Source of the DNA: an uncultured Marinobacter sp.
GTDB taxonomy: Bacteria; Pseudomonadota; Gammaproteobacteria; Pseudomonadales; Oleiphilaceae
Assembly (NCBI GenBank): GCA_964446185.1
Contig: CAYUNQ010000003.1
Coordinates: 1-32,782 of the forward strand
Length of the DNA: 32,782 bases
Reading direction: 5' to 3'
Made by a program: the position numbers and the translations under genes. Under the pieces are notes generated by a model. That model had not been told where the DNA came from and made no database searches. It was given only the letters and a program-made list of their open reading frames with translations. Numbering within the stretch: position 1 is the first letter of the stretch; every line of letters begins with the position of its first letter. Shown piece by piece: positions 1 to 9,960 of the stretch.

Positions 1-14
1 AAAATAAGAACTAC

Positions 15-215
15 TTTGCCACGGACACTCACGGACAAAAGACAAAAATTCGCTGCGTTGTTGTCCGTGTGATTCCGTAAGTGTCCGTGGCTAAAAAGTC
101 TTTAAAGCTTTTCCTTTAGTGTTCTTTCGTGGATTTCGTGGCAAAAATTTCTTTTCTGTAAATCTTTTTTCCGTGTCCTTCCGTGGATTCCGTGGCAAAA
201 AAAGTCCTTAAAGCT
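15..215. repeat. Cluster of degenerate repeat units, each three (T/G)T(C/T)CGTG-like heptamers ending GC plus an A-run; three direct units and one inverted unit
   Basis: Unit A 63-97 GTCCGTG-tga-TTCCGTA-agt-GTCCGTGGC-tAAAAA; unit B 115-147 TTTAGTG-ttc-TTTCGTG-ga-TTTCGTGGC-AAAAA; unit C 169-203 TTCCGTG-tcc-TTCCGTG-ga-TTCCGTGGC-AAAAAAA; inverted unit 15-38 TTTGCCACGGACACTCACGGACAA is complementary to unit A. Confidence 0.85.
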
Positions 216-1086
216 CCTGGCACAAGGCCATCCACCGGGCAATCCCCGCACTCCGGTACTTCTGCTTATGCAGGATGAAGTAAAAGTGCCGGTCGAACTG
301 CCGATGTGGCACTGTCAGCGGCACCAGGCTGCCTCGCTTGAAGGCGTCGGCCAGTACCACCTCTGACAGGCAACCGATACCCAGGTCGGCTTCTACTGCT
401 CGCTTGATGGCTTCAGTGTGTTCCAGCTCCAGCAATACGTTCAGGTCTGGCAGCAGGCCGTGCATGCCCCGTTCGAAGCTCTGGCGGGTGCCGGAGCCCT
501 GTTCCCGCAAAATCCAGGTGGCGGCGCGCAGATCGTCGTCGGTCAGTTCGGCCTTGCTCGCCAGCGGGTGGGTGGGGGAGCAGAACGCCACCAGCCGGTC
601 CTCCCGCCAGGGAATCACTTCCAGCTCTGAGGCTTGCAGTTCGCCTTCAATCAATCCGATGTCCAGCTCGAAATCCCGGACCCGCCGGGCAATGGTGCTG
701 GTATTGGCCACTTCCAGGGAAACCCGCGGATGGTTTGGTGAGCTCATGTACTCGGCCATCACCCCGACCGCCAGGTAATTGCCGATAGTCAGGGTGGCGC
801 CGACTTTCAGGGCGCCTACCTCAGAGTGTTTGCTGAACGCTTGTTCCAGCTCTGTGGCCTGGGCAAGCAGGGCCTCGGCTTTGGGCCGGTAAAGCCGCCC
901 CAGTTCATTCAGTTGCAGGCGCTTTCCAACCCGGTCAAACAGCTGGATGTCGAACTGGTTTTCAAGCTCTTTCAGGGCGCTGCTGGCAGCGGATTGTGAC
1001 ATGGCGAGTGATTCCGCCGCCCGGGTAATGTTCTGAAAGTGGGCGGCGGCGAGGAAAACCTCAAGTTGGCGAAAGCTGTACTTCAT
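208..1086 (-). CDS. finR: LysR-family transcriptional regulator, FinR/YeiE-like
   Basis: N-terminal LysR HTH (RQLEVF..NITRAAESLAMSQSAAS..LENQFDIQLFDR), REQGSGTR motif of the CysL/YeiE type; divergent from fpr as in the Pseudomonas finR-fprA locus. Confidence 0.85.
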   Translation of the reverse strand: MKYSFRQLEVFLAAAHFQNITRAAESLAMSQSAASSALKELENQFDIQLFDRVGKRLQLNELGRLYRPKAEALLAQATELEQAFSKHSEVGALKVGATLTIGNYLAVGVMAEYMSSPNHPRVSLEVANTSTIARRVRDFELDIGLIEGELQASELEVIPWREDRLVAFCSPTHPLASKAELTDDDLRAATWILREQGSGTRQSFERGMHGLLPDLNVLLELEHTEAIKRAVEADLGIGCLSEVVLADAFKRGSLVPLTVPHRQFDRHFYFILHKQKYRSAGIARWMALCQEL

Positions 1087-1327
1087 AATCGATCAGGCCG
1101 GATAAAGTTAAGGTTATGTCCTGTCTGATCGATACGTTATCCCGGCATGACCGGGAACACAACCGTGGTTGCGGTCAGGGTGGGAAGCTGACCCGTGGCC
1201 TGCTCCTATATTTGTAAAATCGAACAGATATATGGGAATTGCCAGTTTTGTCGATTTAAGGTTGCGAGTTAGACTTTGCCCATCTAATTCCCATATACCC
1301 GTATGAAGTCGCAACAGCGAGGCTGCC

Positions 1328-2098
1328 ATGAGTAATCTGATGAAAGAAACGGTCACCAGCGTTCACCACTGGAACGATACTCTGTTCAGTTTCAAAACCA
1401 GTCGGGACCCGGGTTTCCGTTTCAAGAACGGTCACTTTGTCATGATCGGTCTGGAGTCTGACGGTAAGCCGCTGATGCGTGCCTACAGTATTGCCAGTGC
1501 CAATTACGAGGAAGAGCTGGAGTTCTTTTCCATCAAGGTCGCTGATGGCCCGCTGACCTCCCGCCTGCAGCAGATCCAGGTAGGTGATGAGATTCTGGTC
1601 AGCCGCAAGCCCACCGGCACCCTCGTGCTCGACAACCTGCTGCCTGGCCGTAATCTGTGGCTGATCAGCACTGGCACCGGCCTGGCGCCATTCATGAGCA
1701 TCATCAAAGACCCGGACGTATACGAGGCGTTCGACAAGGTGATTCTGACCCACGGTGTGCGCTATGTGTCCGAGCTGGCTTATCAGCAAGAGATCGAAGA
1801 GCTGCCAGAGAACGAGTTCTTTGGTGAGATGGTCTCTGGCAAGCTGGTGTATTACCCCACCGTTACCCGGGAGCCATTCCGCAATCAGGGCCGCCTGACT
1901 GATGCCATGCAAACCGGCAAGATCACCCGGGACCTGGGCCTGCCGGATTTCGATCTCGAGCAGGACCGTTTCATGATCTGTGGCAGCCCGAGCATGCTCA
2001 AAGACACCTGCGCCATTCTCAATGATCTGGGCTTTAAAGAGGCCCGTGGTGGCGAGCTGGGGCACTATGTGATCGAGCGGGCATTTGTTGAGCAGTAA
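1328..2098 (+). CDS. fpr: Ferredoxin--NADP+ reductase (bacterial subclass I)
   Basis: RAYSIAS FAD motif, GPLTSRL, TGTGLAPF, MICGS, C-terminal ERAFVEQ. Confidence 0.95.
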   Translation: MSNLMKETVTSVHHWNDTLFSFKTSRDPGFRFKNGHFVMIGLESDGKPLMRAYSIASANYEEELEFFSIKVADGPLTSRLQQIQVGDEILVSRKPTGTLVLDNLLPGRNLWLISTGTGLAPFMSIIKDPDVYEAFDKVILTHGVRYVSELAYQQEIEELPENEFFGEMVSGKLVYYPTVTREPFRNQGRLTDAMQTGKITRDLGLPDFDLEQDRFMICGSPSMLKDTCAILNDLGFKEARGGELGHYVIERAFVEQ

Positions 2099-2175
2099 GC
2101 TCCTCGCCAAATACTGACCTGATTTTCGGGGGTGGCCTGCGGTAGTATCGGCACAGAGTCAAAAGGAGTTTGTTG

Positions 2176-3066
2176 ATGAAGCCGGTAATGCCGTTCGTTC
2201 TGATTTCTGTGTTGTTTGCCCTGACTGGTTGCGATGCTGAGCAGGGTAGTCATGCTGATTCCCCCGCACAGGTGGCTGAAGCGCCTGCCGGCAACCACAA
2301 GCGTGTGGTTGCCGATATTTCCCTGACCCTCAAGCGCGCTCAAATGGACTGGGTGGGCCAGAAAATTTTCGCCAACGAGTGCGCCAGCCGGTTTGATTGC
2401 CTGGTGCACTGGAACGAAGGCGAAGCATTTCCATCATTGGGCATCGGCCACTTTATCTGGTACCCGGAAGGGGTGGAGGGCCGGTTCACCGAGAGTTTCC
2501 CGCAACTTATCCGCTATATGATTCAGCGCCAGGCCCGCGTGCCGGACTGGTTGCGCAACCTGGAGCCCTTTGATGCGCCATGGCCTGACCGGAACGCGTT
2601 TCTTGCTGTGGAAGACTCTGTCCGGATAGCGGAGCTCAGGGAGTTTCTGGCCGGAACCCAGGGACTGCAAGCGGAGTTTATTTTTCGCCGGGCCGGAGAA
2701 TCTCTGGGCAAGGTGGTAGAGGCGGCCCCTGCGGACCGGCGGGATCAGATTCGAAGCCATCTCGAAGCGCTCAGCGTCACGCCGGGCGGTGTCTATGCGT
2801 TGATGGATTATGTGAATTTCAAGGGTGAGGGTCTGTCGGAAAGCGAGCGCTATAACGGCGAGGGCTGGGGGTTGTTGCAGGTGTTGCTGGAGATGGAACT
2901 GGAGGGCGAGGCCACCGAGCTTCAGGCTTTCAGGGAAGCCGCCGGCCGGGTGTTAACCCGGCGAGCGGAGAATGCCGGGCAGCCAATCGAGCGTGAACGC
3001 TGGCTGCCGGGCTGGCTGAAGCGGCTGGAAACCTATCAGGAGCCAGCCGGCGGCCCGGAGTCATAG
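2176..3066 (+). CDS. Uncharacterised lipoprotein, possible lysozyme-like fold
   Basis: AGGAG at 2164-2168, 7 nt before ATG 2176; hydrophobic signal with lipobox LTG-C; globular C-terminal domain containing WNEGEAFPSLGIGHFIWYP and ALMDYVNFKGEG. Confidence 0.8.
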   Translation: MKPVMPFVLISVLFALTGCDAEQGSHADSPAQVAEAPAGNHKRVVADISLTLKRAQMDWVGQKIFANECASRFDCLVHWNEGEAFPSLGIGHFIWYPEGVEGRFTESFPQLIRYMIQRQARVPDWLRNLEPFDAPWPDRNAFLAVEDSVRIAELREFLAGTQGLQAEFIFRRAGESLGKVVEAAPADRRDQIRSHLEALSVTPGGVYALMDYVNFKGEGLSESERYNGEGWGLLQVLLEMELEGEATELQAFREAAGRVLTRRAENAGQPIERERWLPGWLKRLETYQEPAGGPES

Positions 3067-3786
3067 CGGGGCTTTGTTCAGCTCTGGTGCCTGGCCAGGG
3101 CTGGCTTCCAGCCACCACAGGTGTTTGTCCCAGTCACCCAATACGATACGCCGGGCTTTCCGGCTGTTGGCTTGCAGGTCGTGGATGGCCGGGCGGTGGG
3201 TGTGGCCGTGAATCATCAGCTGCACGCCGTGGGCTTCCAACTGCTTCACCACCTCTTCTGGTGTGACATCCATGATGGCTTCGGCTTTACCCTGGTTCTT
3301 GGCCATGGACATCTGGCGCAGTTGCCGGGCCATCTGCTGGCGGTCTGCCAGCGGGCGGGCCAGCATCATTTTCTGCATCTGAGGATTACGCATGTTGGCC
3401 CGGAACTTCTGGTATTCCACATCGGCGGTGCACAGGCTGTCGCCATGCATCAGCAGGGCAGGGGTGCCGTACAGGTCGATCACAGTAGGGTCGTCCAGCA
3501 GGGTGGCTCCGGCCCGCTCGCAGTAGTCGTGGCCGATCAGGAAGTCCCGGTTGCCGTGCATCAGGAAAATCTGCGTGCCCTGGTCACTCAGGGCTCTCAG
3601 CGCTGCGGCTACCTGTTCCTGTAGCGGCGTGCGTTCGTCGTCGCCAATCCAGGCTTCAAAGAAATCGCCCAGAATGTACAGCCGCTCCACACCCATGGCG
3701 TGGGTTTTCAGGAACCCGAGAAAGGCGCCCGTTATGTCCGGGCGCGATTCTTCCAGGTGCAGGTCGGAGATAAACAGCGTGGTCAC
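3061..3786 (-). CDS. lpxH: UDP-2,3-diacylglucosamine diphosphatase
   Basis: Metallophosphoesterase motifs [31 protein letters not shown]; 4-bp overlap with ppiB. Confidence 0.95.
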   Translation of the reverse strand: MTTLFISDLHLEESRPDITGAFLGFLKTHAMGVERLYILGDFFEAWIGDDERTPLQEQVAAALRALSDQGTQIFLMHGNRDFLIGHDYCERAGATLLDDPTVIDLYGTPALLMHGDSLCTADVEYQKFRANMRNPQMQKMMLARPLADRQQMARQLRQMSMAKNQGKAEAIMDVTPEEVVKQLEAHGVQLMIHGHTHRPAIHDLQANSRKARRIVLGDWDKHLWWLEASPGQAPELNKAPL

Positions 3787-4283
3787 GCGTCCTCCAGAAC
3801 CTCGGCCTTCTCGATCACCACGTCCTCGAAGGGAACGTCCTGGTGGCCGGCATTCATGGTGGTGCGAACGGCGCGGATCTGGTTCACCGTGTCCATGCCG
3901 TCGACAACCTTACCGAACACGCAGTAACCCCAGCCTTCGGCATTCTTGGCGGTGTGGTCCAGGAAGCCGTTGTCCTGCACGTTAATGAAGAACTGGGCGG
4001 TGGCGGAGTGCGGGTCCATGGTGCGGGCCATGGCGATGGTACCGGTTTTATTGCTCAGGCCGTTATCGGCTTCGTTCTGGATCGGCTCGCGGGTTTTGCG
4101 CGGGGTCATGCCCGGCTCGAAGCCGCCGCCCTGGATCATGAAATTGCTGATTACCCGGTGGAAGATCAGGCCATCGTAGAAACCTTCACGAACATACTGC
4201 TCGAAGTTCTTGGCGGTTTCCGGTGCGTTTTCGTAGTCCAGTTCCAGTTTGATATCACCGAGGTTGGTTTTCAGCAGAATCAT
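3783..4283 (-). CDS. ppiB: Cyclophilin-type peptidyl-prolyl cis-trans isomerase
   Basis: [38 protein letters not shown]; classic ppiB-lpxH operon. Confidence 0.95.
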   Translation of the reverse strand: MILLKTNLGDIKLELDYENAPETAKNFEQYVREGFYDGLIFHRVISNFMIQGGGFEPGMTPRKTREPIQNEADNGLSNKTGTIAMARTMDPHSATAQFFINVQDNGFLDHTAKNAEGWGYCVFGKVVDGMDTVNQIRAVRTTMNAGHQDVPFEDVVIEKAEVLEDA

Positions 4284-4443
4284 CAGGGCTTCCTGTAGTT
4301 TGAGGTCGGAATGATCAAAGTCGCTATTGTACTGAAGAGTTTCGTTGTGTGCATGAGTCCTGAGACTATTTGTGAGTATAATAGGCGGTTTAATGGAGCC
4401 TCTGGATAGCTCCCATGATTCATCCCCCGTTGACAGAGATTGT

Positions 4444-6123
4444 ATGAGCGCCGAGTCGAAGAAAGCCCATAATTTTATTCAGAGCCTGATCGAAGACGCC
4501 ATCGCCAAGGGCGAGCACACCGGCACGGTTGTTACCCGTTTTCCGCCGGAGCCCAATGGTTACCTGCACGTTGGTCACGCCAAATCCATCTGCCTGAACT
4601 TCGGCGTTGCCGATACCTTCGGGGGTGAGTGTAATCTTCGTTTCGATGACACCAACCCGGAAAAGGAAAGCCAGGAATACATTGATGCCATCAAGCAGGA
4701 CGTTGAATGGCTGGGTTACAAGTGGGTGGGGGATGTTCGTTACGCCTCTGACTACTTTGACCAGCTTTACGCGTTTGCGGAAGAGCTGATCGAGAACGGC
4801 AAGGCCTATGTCTGTGCGCTCAACGCAGAGCAGATGGCCGAGTATCGCGGCTCCCTGAAAGAGCCCGGCAAGAACAGCCCGTACCGGGACCGCCCGGTGG
4901 AAGAAAGCTTGCAGCTGTTCCGGGATATGCGTGACGGCAAGTTCCAGAATGGTGAGCTGGTGCTGCGCGCCAAGATCGACATGGCTTCTCCGAACATCAA
5001 CATGCGGGACCCGATCCTGTACCGCATTCGCTATGCCGACCATCACCAGACCGGCAGCAAGTGGTGCATCTACCCGATGTACGACTATACCCATCCGATT
5101 TCCGATGCCCTGGAAGGCATTACGCATTCCCTGTGCACCCTGGAATTCGAAGATCACCGGCCGCTGTACGACTGGGTGCTGGATAACATCACCATTCCGT
5201 GCCACCCGCGCCAGATCGAATTTGCCCGGCTGAACCTGAACTACACCATCACCAGCAAGCGCAAGCTGAAGCGGCTGGTGGATGAAAACGTGGTAGACGG
5301 CTGGAACGACCCCCGGATGCCGACCATCTCCGGCATGCGTCGCCGCGGTTATACCCCGGAATCCATCCGCAGCTTCTGCGACATGATCGGTGTGAACAAG
5401 GCCGGCGGCACCGTGGATGTGGGCATGCTGGAATATGCCATTCGTGAAGACCTGAACGACCGGGCGCCCCGCGCCATGTGCGTTATGCGTCCGCTCAAGG
5501 TGACCCTGACCAACTACCCGGCCGACCAGGTTGAAACCCTGACTCTGCCGGTGCATCCGCAGAAGCCGGAGATGGGTGAGCGGGAAGTGACCTGGAGCCA
5601 GACCCTGTACATCGACAGGGAAGATTTCGTAATCGAGCCGCCACGCAAATGGAAGCGGCTGGCCCCGGACCAGGCGGTGCGCCTGCGCGGTGGCTACGTG
5701 ATGACCTGCAAAGAGGTTGTGCGTGATGACAGCGGTGAAATTGTCGAGCTCAAGTGCGAATACGATCCGAACACCCTGGGCGTGAACCCCGAAGGTTACA
5801 AGCCCAATGGCGTGATTCACTGGGTATCTGCCAGCGACAGCGTTGAATCAGACATCAATCTGTACGACCGCCTGTTCAACCACGAGAACCCGGACAGCGA
5901 CAAGGAAGGCGACTTCCTGGACCACCTGAATCCGGAATCCCTGGTGGTGCTGAAAGGTGCGCGGGTAGAGAAGAGCCTGGCCGAGCCGCGTACCGATCTG
6001 CCGTACCAGTTCGAGCGCGAAGGCTATTTCTTCTGCGACCAGGAGCTGACCGCCAGGGCCGGCAAGCCGGTGTTCAACCGTACCGTGACCCTGAGAGATT
6101 CGTGGGACAAGGGAGGCAAGTAA
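4444..6123 (+). CDS. glnS: Glutamine--tRNA ligase
   Basis: [15 protein letters not shown] (HIGH), [29 protein letters not shown]; start placed at MSAESKK (the upstream GTG extension looks non-homologous). Confidence 0.95.
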   Translation: MSAESKKAHNFIQSLIEDAIAKGEHTGTVVTRFPPEPNGYLHVGHAKSICLNFGVADTFGGECNLRFDDTNPEKESQEYIDAIKQDVEWLGYKWVGDVRYASDYFDQLYAFAEELIENGKAYVCALNAEQMAEYRGSLKEPGKNSPYRDRPVEESLQLFRDMRDGKFQNGELVLRAKIDMASPNINMRDPILYRIRYADHHQTGSKWCIYPMYDYTHPISDALEGITHSLCTLEFEDHRPLYDWVLDNITIPCHPRQIEFARLNLNYTITSKRKLKRLVDENVVDGWNDPRMPTISGMRRRGYTPESIRSFCDMIGVNKAGGTVDVGMLEYAIREDLNDRAPRAMCVMRPLKVTLTNYPADQVETLTLPVHPQKPEMGEREVTWSQTLYIDREDFVIEPPRKWKRLAPDQAVRLRGGYVMTCKEVVRDDSGEIVELKCEYDPNTLGVNPEGYKPNGVIHWVSASDSVESDINLYDRLFNHENPDSDKEGDFLDHLNPESLVVLKGARVEKSLAEPRTDLPYQFEREGYFFCDQELTARAGKPVFNRTVTLRDSWDKGGK

Positions 6124-7508
6124 TGCGTGTCTACAATACGCTGACGCAGCAAAAGGAAGACTTTAAAACCATCGAGCCGGGCAAGGTGCGCATGTACGTG
6201 TGCGGCATGACGGTATACGACTACTGCCACCTGGGCCATGCCCGGGTGCTGGTGGCCTTCGATGTGATTACCCGGTACCTGCGCCATCGTGGTTACGACG
6301 TGTATTACGTGCGCAACATCACCGATATCGATGACAAGATTCTGCGCCGCGCCGATGAAAACGGCGAGGTCTACACCGACCTGACCGGGCGCATGATCCA
6401 GGCCATGCATGAAGATGAAGCCCGCCTGGGTGTACTGGCACCCAGTGAGGAGCCCCGGGCGACGGCCTACATCGATGACATCATCGCGATGATCCAGACC
6501 CTGATCGCCGGTGGCCATGCCTATGCGGCGGACAACGGTGATGTGTATTTTGCGGTGGATTCCTTCCCGGACTACGGCAAACTCAGCAAAAAGAAACTGG
6601 ATGACCTGCTGGCCGGCGCCAGGGTCGATGTGCAGGAAGCCAAGCGCAGCCCTGCGGACTTTGCCCTGTGGAAAGCTGCCAAGGCGGGTGAGGTGAGCTG
6701 GCAGTCGCCCTGGGGTGACGGGCGCCCGGGCTGGCACATTGAATGCTCGGCTATGTCCACCAAGTGCCTGGGGGATACCTTCGATATCCACGGCGGCGGG
6801 CCGGACCTGCTGTTCCCGCACCACGAGAACGAGATTGCCCAGTCCGAGTGCGCCACCGGCCACAAGTTTGTGCACACCTGGATGCACGCCGGTGCCATTC
6901 GGGTGAACAAAGAGAAGATGTCCAAGTCTCTGGGTAATTTCTTCACCATCCGCGAAATTCTGGAAAAGTATCCGGCGGAAGTGGTGCGCTACTTCCTGGT
7001 GTCCAGCCACTACCGCAGCCAGGTGGACTATTCCGAAGACAACCTGGCCGAAGCTGGTCGCACGCTGACCAAGCTGTATCACGCCCTGCGTGGCATCACA
7101 CCAGCCAAGGAAGCCGATGTACCGGAAACCGACCATGACCGCCGCTTTGCCGAGGCCATGGACGACGATTTCAATACCGCCGGCGCCATTGCGGTATTGC
7201 ATGCGGTAGCAAACGACATCAATCACCAGCGCCGGGAAGGTGACGACGAGGCTGCCAAGCGCAGTGCTGCGGTCCTGGTGCGTTTGGGTGCGGTGCTGGG
7301 CCTGCTGCAGCAGGATCCGGAAGCCTTTTTCCAGGCCGACACCGGCAGCGAACTGACGGCGGAAGATATCGAAGCGATGATCCAGGCCCGCGCCGATGCC
7401 CGCAAGGCCAGGAACTTCGCTGAGTCAGACCGCATTCGGGATGAATTGCTGGATAAGGGCATTATCCTGGATGACAGCCGGGAAGGCACCACCTGGCGCC
7501 GTGCATAA
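6123..7508 (+). CDS. cysS: Cysteine--tRNA ligase
   Basis: [40 protein letters not shown]; TAATG stop/start overlap with glnS. Confidence 0.97.
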   Translation: MRVYNTLTQQKEDFKTIEPGKVRMYVCGMTVYDYCHLGHARVLVAFDVITRYLRHRGYDVYYVRNITDIDDKILRRADENGEVYTDLTGRMIQAMHEDEARLGVLAPSEEPRATAYIDDIIAMIQTLIAGGHAYAADNGDVYFAVDSFPDYGKLSKKKLDDLLAGARVDVQEAKRSPADFALWKAAKAGEVSWQSPWGDGRPGWHIECSAMSTKCLGDTFDIHGGGPDLLFPHHENEIAQSECATGHKFVHTWMHAGAIRVNKEKMSKSLGNFFTIREILEKYPAEVVRYFLVSSHYRSQVDYSEDNLAEAGRTLTKLYHALRGITPAKEADVPETDHDRRFAEAMDDDFNTAGAIAVLHAVANDINHQRREGDDEAAKRSAAVLVRLGAVLGLLQQDPEAFFQADTGSELTAEDIEAMIQARADARKARNFAESDRIRDELLDKGIILDDSREGTTWRRA

Positions 7509-7549
7509 TCCTGCTCAATACACATAAAGTCGCATTGTGCTGCCCGGGA

Positions 7550-7578
7550 ATGACCTTGTAGGGAATTTCACGTACAAT
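7550..7578 (+). promoter_or_regulatory. Putative sigma70 promoter of glcB with overlapping palindrome
   Basis: ATGACC(7550-7555)-N17-TACAAT(7573-7578); TTGTA-N12-TACAA palindrome at 7556-7577. Confidence 0.5.
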
Positions 7579-7658
7579 GCGGCGCTCAAATACTAATGCC
7601 CCCGCACCATGTGTGCTAAGGGGGAGTCGGGAAACATAACCCATCGAGGCAAGCAACG

Positions 7659-9839
7659 ATGACAGAACGCGTTCAAGTTGGCGGCATTCAGATCGCCAAG
7701 AATCTGTACGATTTCGTAAACAACGAAGCGATCCCGGGTACCGGCGTTGACGCTGACAAATTCTGGTCCGAGTTCGACAAGATTGTGAACGAGCTGGCTC
7801 CGCGCAACCGCGAGCTGCTGGTCAAGCGTGACGAGATCCAGGAAAAAATGGACACCTGGAACCGCGAGCACAAAGGCCAGAAGCTGGACATGGCCGAGTA
7901 CAAGGCCTTCCTGAAAGAGATCGGTTACCTGGTTGATGAACCCGCCGATTTCAAAATCTCTACCGCCAACGTAGACCCGGAAATCGCCACCATGGCCGGC
8001 CCGCAGCTGGTTGTGCCGATCATGAACGCCCGTTTTGCCCTGAACGCCGCCAATGCCCGTTGGGGTAGCCTGTACGATGCCCTGTACGGCACCGATGCTA
8101 TTTCCGAGGAAGGGGGTGCCGAGAAAGGCCGTGGTTACAACCCGGTTCGTGGTGCCAGGGTTATCGAGTGGGCCCGCAACCTGCTGGACGGCTCTGCCCC
8201 CCTGGCTTCCGGCAGCCATAAAGATGCTGCCAAGTACTACATCGACGGCGGCAAGCTGGCGGTGAAACTGCAGAACGGTGAAGTTGCCGGCCTGAAAGAC
8301 GAGTCCGGCTTTGTGGGTTACACCGGTGCTGCCGATGCACCTACCGGTATTCTGTTGGTGAAGAACGGCATGCACTTCGAGATTCAGATCGATGCCAGCC
8401 ATCCGATCGGTAAAGACGACGGTGCCAACGTTAAAGACGTTCTGATGGAATCAGCCCTGACCACCATCATGGACTGCGAAGACTCCGTGGCTGCGGTAGA
8501 CGCGGACGACAAGGTACTGGCCTACAAAAACTGGCTGGGCCTTATGAAGGGTGACCTGGAAGAGTCCTTCGAGAAAGGCGGCCAGATGATGACCCGTCGC
8601 ATGAACGGCGACCGCAGCTACACCGGTGCTGACGGCAGCGAAGTGTCCCTGAAGGGCCGCAGCCTGCTGTTCGTTCGTAACGTCGGCCACCTGATGACCA
8701 ACCCGGCCATCCTGCTGAAAGACGGCAGCGAGATTCCGGAAGGCCTGATGGACGGCCTGGTTACATCTCTGATTGCCATCCACGACTTGAAGGGCGACGG
8801 CAAGTTCCAGAACAGCACCAAGGGTTCTGTGTACATTGTTAAGCCCAAGCAGCACGGCCCGGAAGAAGTGGCCTTCACCAACGAGTTCTTCGGCCGCGTT
8901 GAAGATGCCCTTGGTCTGCCGCGCTTTACCCTGAAAGTCGGCATTATGGACGAAGAGCGTCGCACCACTGTTAACCTGAAAGCCTGTATCCACGCTGCCA
9001 AAGAGCGCACCGTGTTTATCAACACCGGCTTCCTGGACCGTACCGGCGACGAGATTCACACCTCCATGGAGCTGGGTCCGTTTATTCGTAAGGGCGAGAT
9101 GAAGCAGGCGGCCTGGATTAGCGCTTACGAGCAGTGGAACGTGGACATCGGCCTGGAAACCGGCCTGTCTGGTGTTGCCCAGATCGGTAAGGGTATGTGG
9201 GCCATGCCGGACCTGATGGCTGGCATGCTGGAAGCGAAGATCGGCCATCCGAAAGCCGGTGCCAACACGGCATGGGTTCCGTCTCCGACTGCCGCTACCC
9301 TGCACGCCACGCACTACCACCAGGTGAACGTGTTTGACGTACAGAAAGAGCTGGCTAACCGCGAGCGGGCGTCCCTGGATGACATCCTGACCGTGCCGGT
9401 GATGGAAGATCCGTCTGCGCTGACTGCCGAAGACATCCAGCAGGAACTGGACAACAACGCCCAGGGTATTCTCGGCTATGTCGTTCGCTGGATCGACTCC
9501 GGTGTGGGTTGCTCCAAAGTGCCGGATATCAACGACATCGGCCTGATGGAAGACCGCGCAACCCTGCGTATCTCTTCCCAGCTGCTGACCAACTGGCTGT
9601 ACCACGGTATCTGCACCGAAGAGCAGATCATGGAAACCATGAAGCGCATGGCAGCCGTGGTCGACAAGCAGAACGCCGGCGATGCCGGGTACCGCAATAT
9701 GGCGCCGAACTTCGACGACAGCATCGCCTTCCAGGCCGCTGTGGACCTGGTTCTGAAAGGCCGCGAACAGCCGGCCGGCTACACTGAGCCGCTGCTGCAC
9801 GCCTATCGTCAGAAGGCGAAAGCCAAGTACGGTCAGTAA
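7659..9839 (+). CDS. glcB: Malate synthase G
   Basis: 726 aa; [63 protein letters not shown]. Confidence 0.97.
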   Translation: MTERVQVGGIQIAKNLYDFVNNEAIPGTGVDADKFWSEFDKIVNELAPRNRELLVKRDEIQEKMDTWNREHKGQKLDMAEYKAFLKEIGYLVDEPADFKISTANVDPEIATMAGPQLVVPIMNARFALNAANARWGSLYDALYGTDAISEEGGAEKGRGYNPVRGARVIEWARNLLDGSAPLASGSHKDAAKYYIDGGKLAVKLQNGEVAGLKDESGFVGYTGAADAPTGILLVKNGMHFEIQIDASHPIGKDDGANVKDVLMESALTTIMDCEDSVAAVDADDKVLAYKNWLGLMKGDLEESFEKGGQMMTRRMNGDRSYTGADGSEVSLKGRSLLFVRNVGHLMTNPAILLKDGSEIPEGLMDGLVTSLIAIHDLKGDGKFQNSTKGSVYIVKPKQHGPEEVAFTNEFFGRVEDALGLPRFTLKVGIMDEERRTTVNLKACIHAAKERTVFINTGFLDRTGDEIHTSMELGPFIRKGEMKQAAWISAYEQWNVDIGLETGLSGVAQIGKGMWAMPDLMAGMLEAKIGHPKAGANTAWVPSPTAATLHATHYHQVNVFDVQKELANRERASLDDILTVPVMEDPSALTAEDIQQELDNNAQGILGYVVRWIDSGVGCSKVPDINDIGLMEDRATLRISSQLLTNWLYHGICTEEQIMETMKRMAAVVDKQNAGDAGYRNMAPNFDDSIAFQAAVDLVLKGREQPAGYTEPLLHAYRQKAKAKYGQ

Positions 9840-9849
9840 GGCCGGACAC

Positions 9850-9877
9850 AAAAAACCCCGCTTCGGCGGGGTTTTTT
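9850..9877. terminator. Bidirectional intrinsic terminator between glcB and folD
   Basis: AAAAAA-CCCCGC-TTCG-GCGGGG-TTTTTT. Confidence 0.9.
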
Positions 9878-9960
9878 ATGGGCCTGGCAGGCTACAAGGG
9901 GGTCGTACCCTCGGCGGGGGTACGCCCCCACCCTTCTGTTAGCGCCAGTCTCCGAAGAAT

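Noticed and set aside
15-215. CRISPR array interpretation of the left-edge repeats
   Set aside because: Units are degenerate and internally repetitive, one is inverted, spacers are short low-complexity T-rich DNA, and no cas genes are in the window
3061-3066. Convergent 6-bp overlap of the lipoprotein and lpxH stops
   Set aside because: Common in compact genomes; no further signal
4372-4443. Upstream start extensions of glnS (likewise cysS 6102, clpX 13950, hexR 21362, pgl 22906, pyk 25833)
   Set aside because: Family N-termini and/or RBS position favour the downstream ATGs
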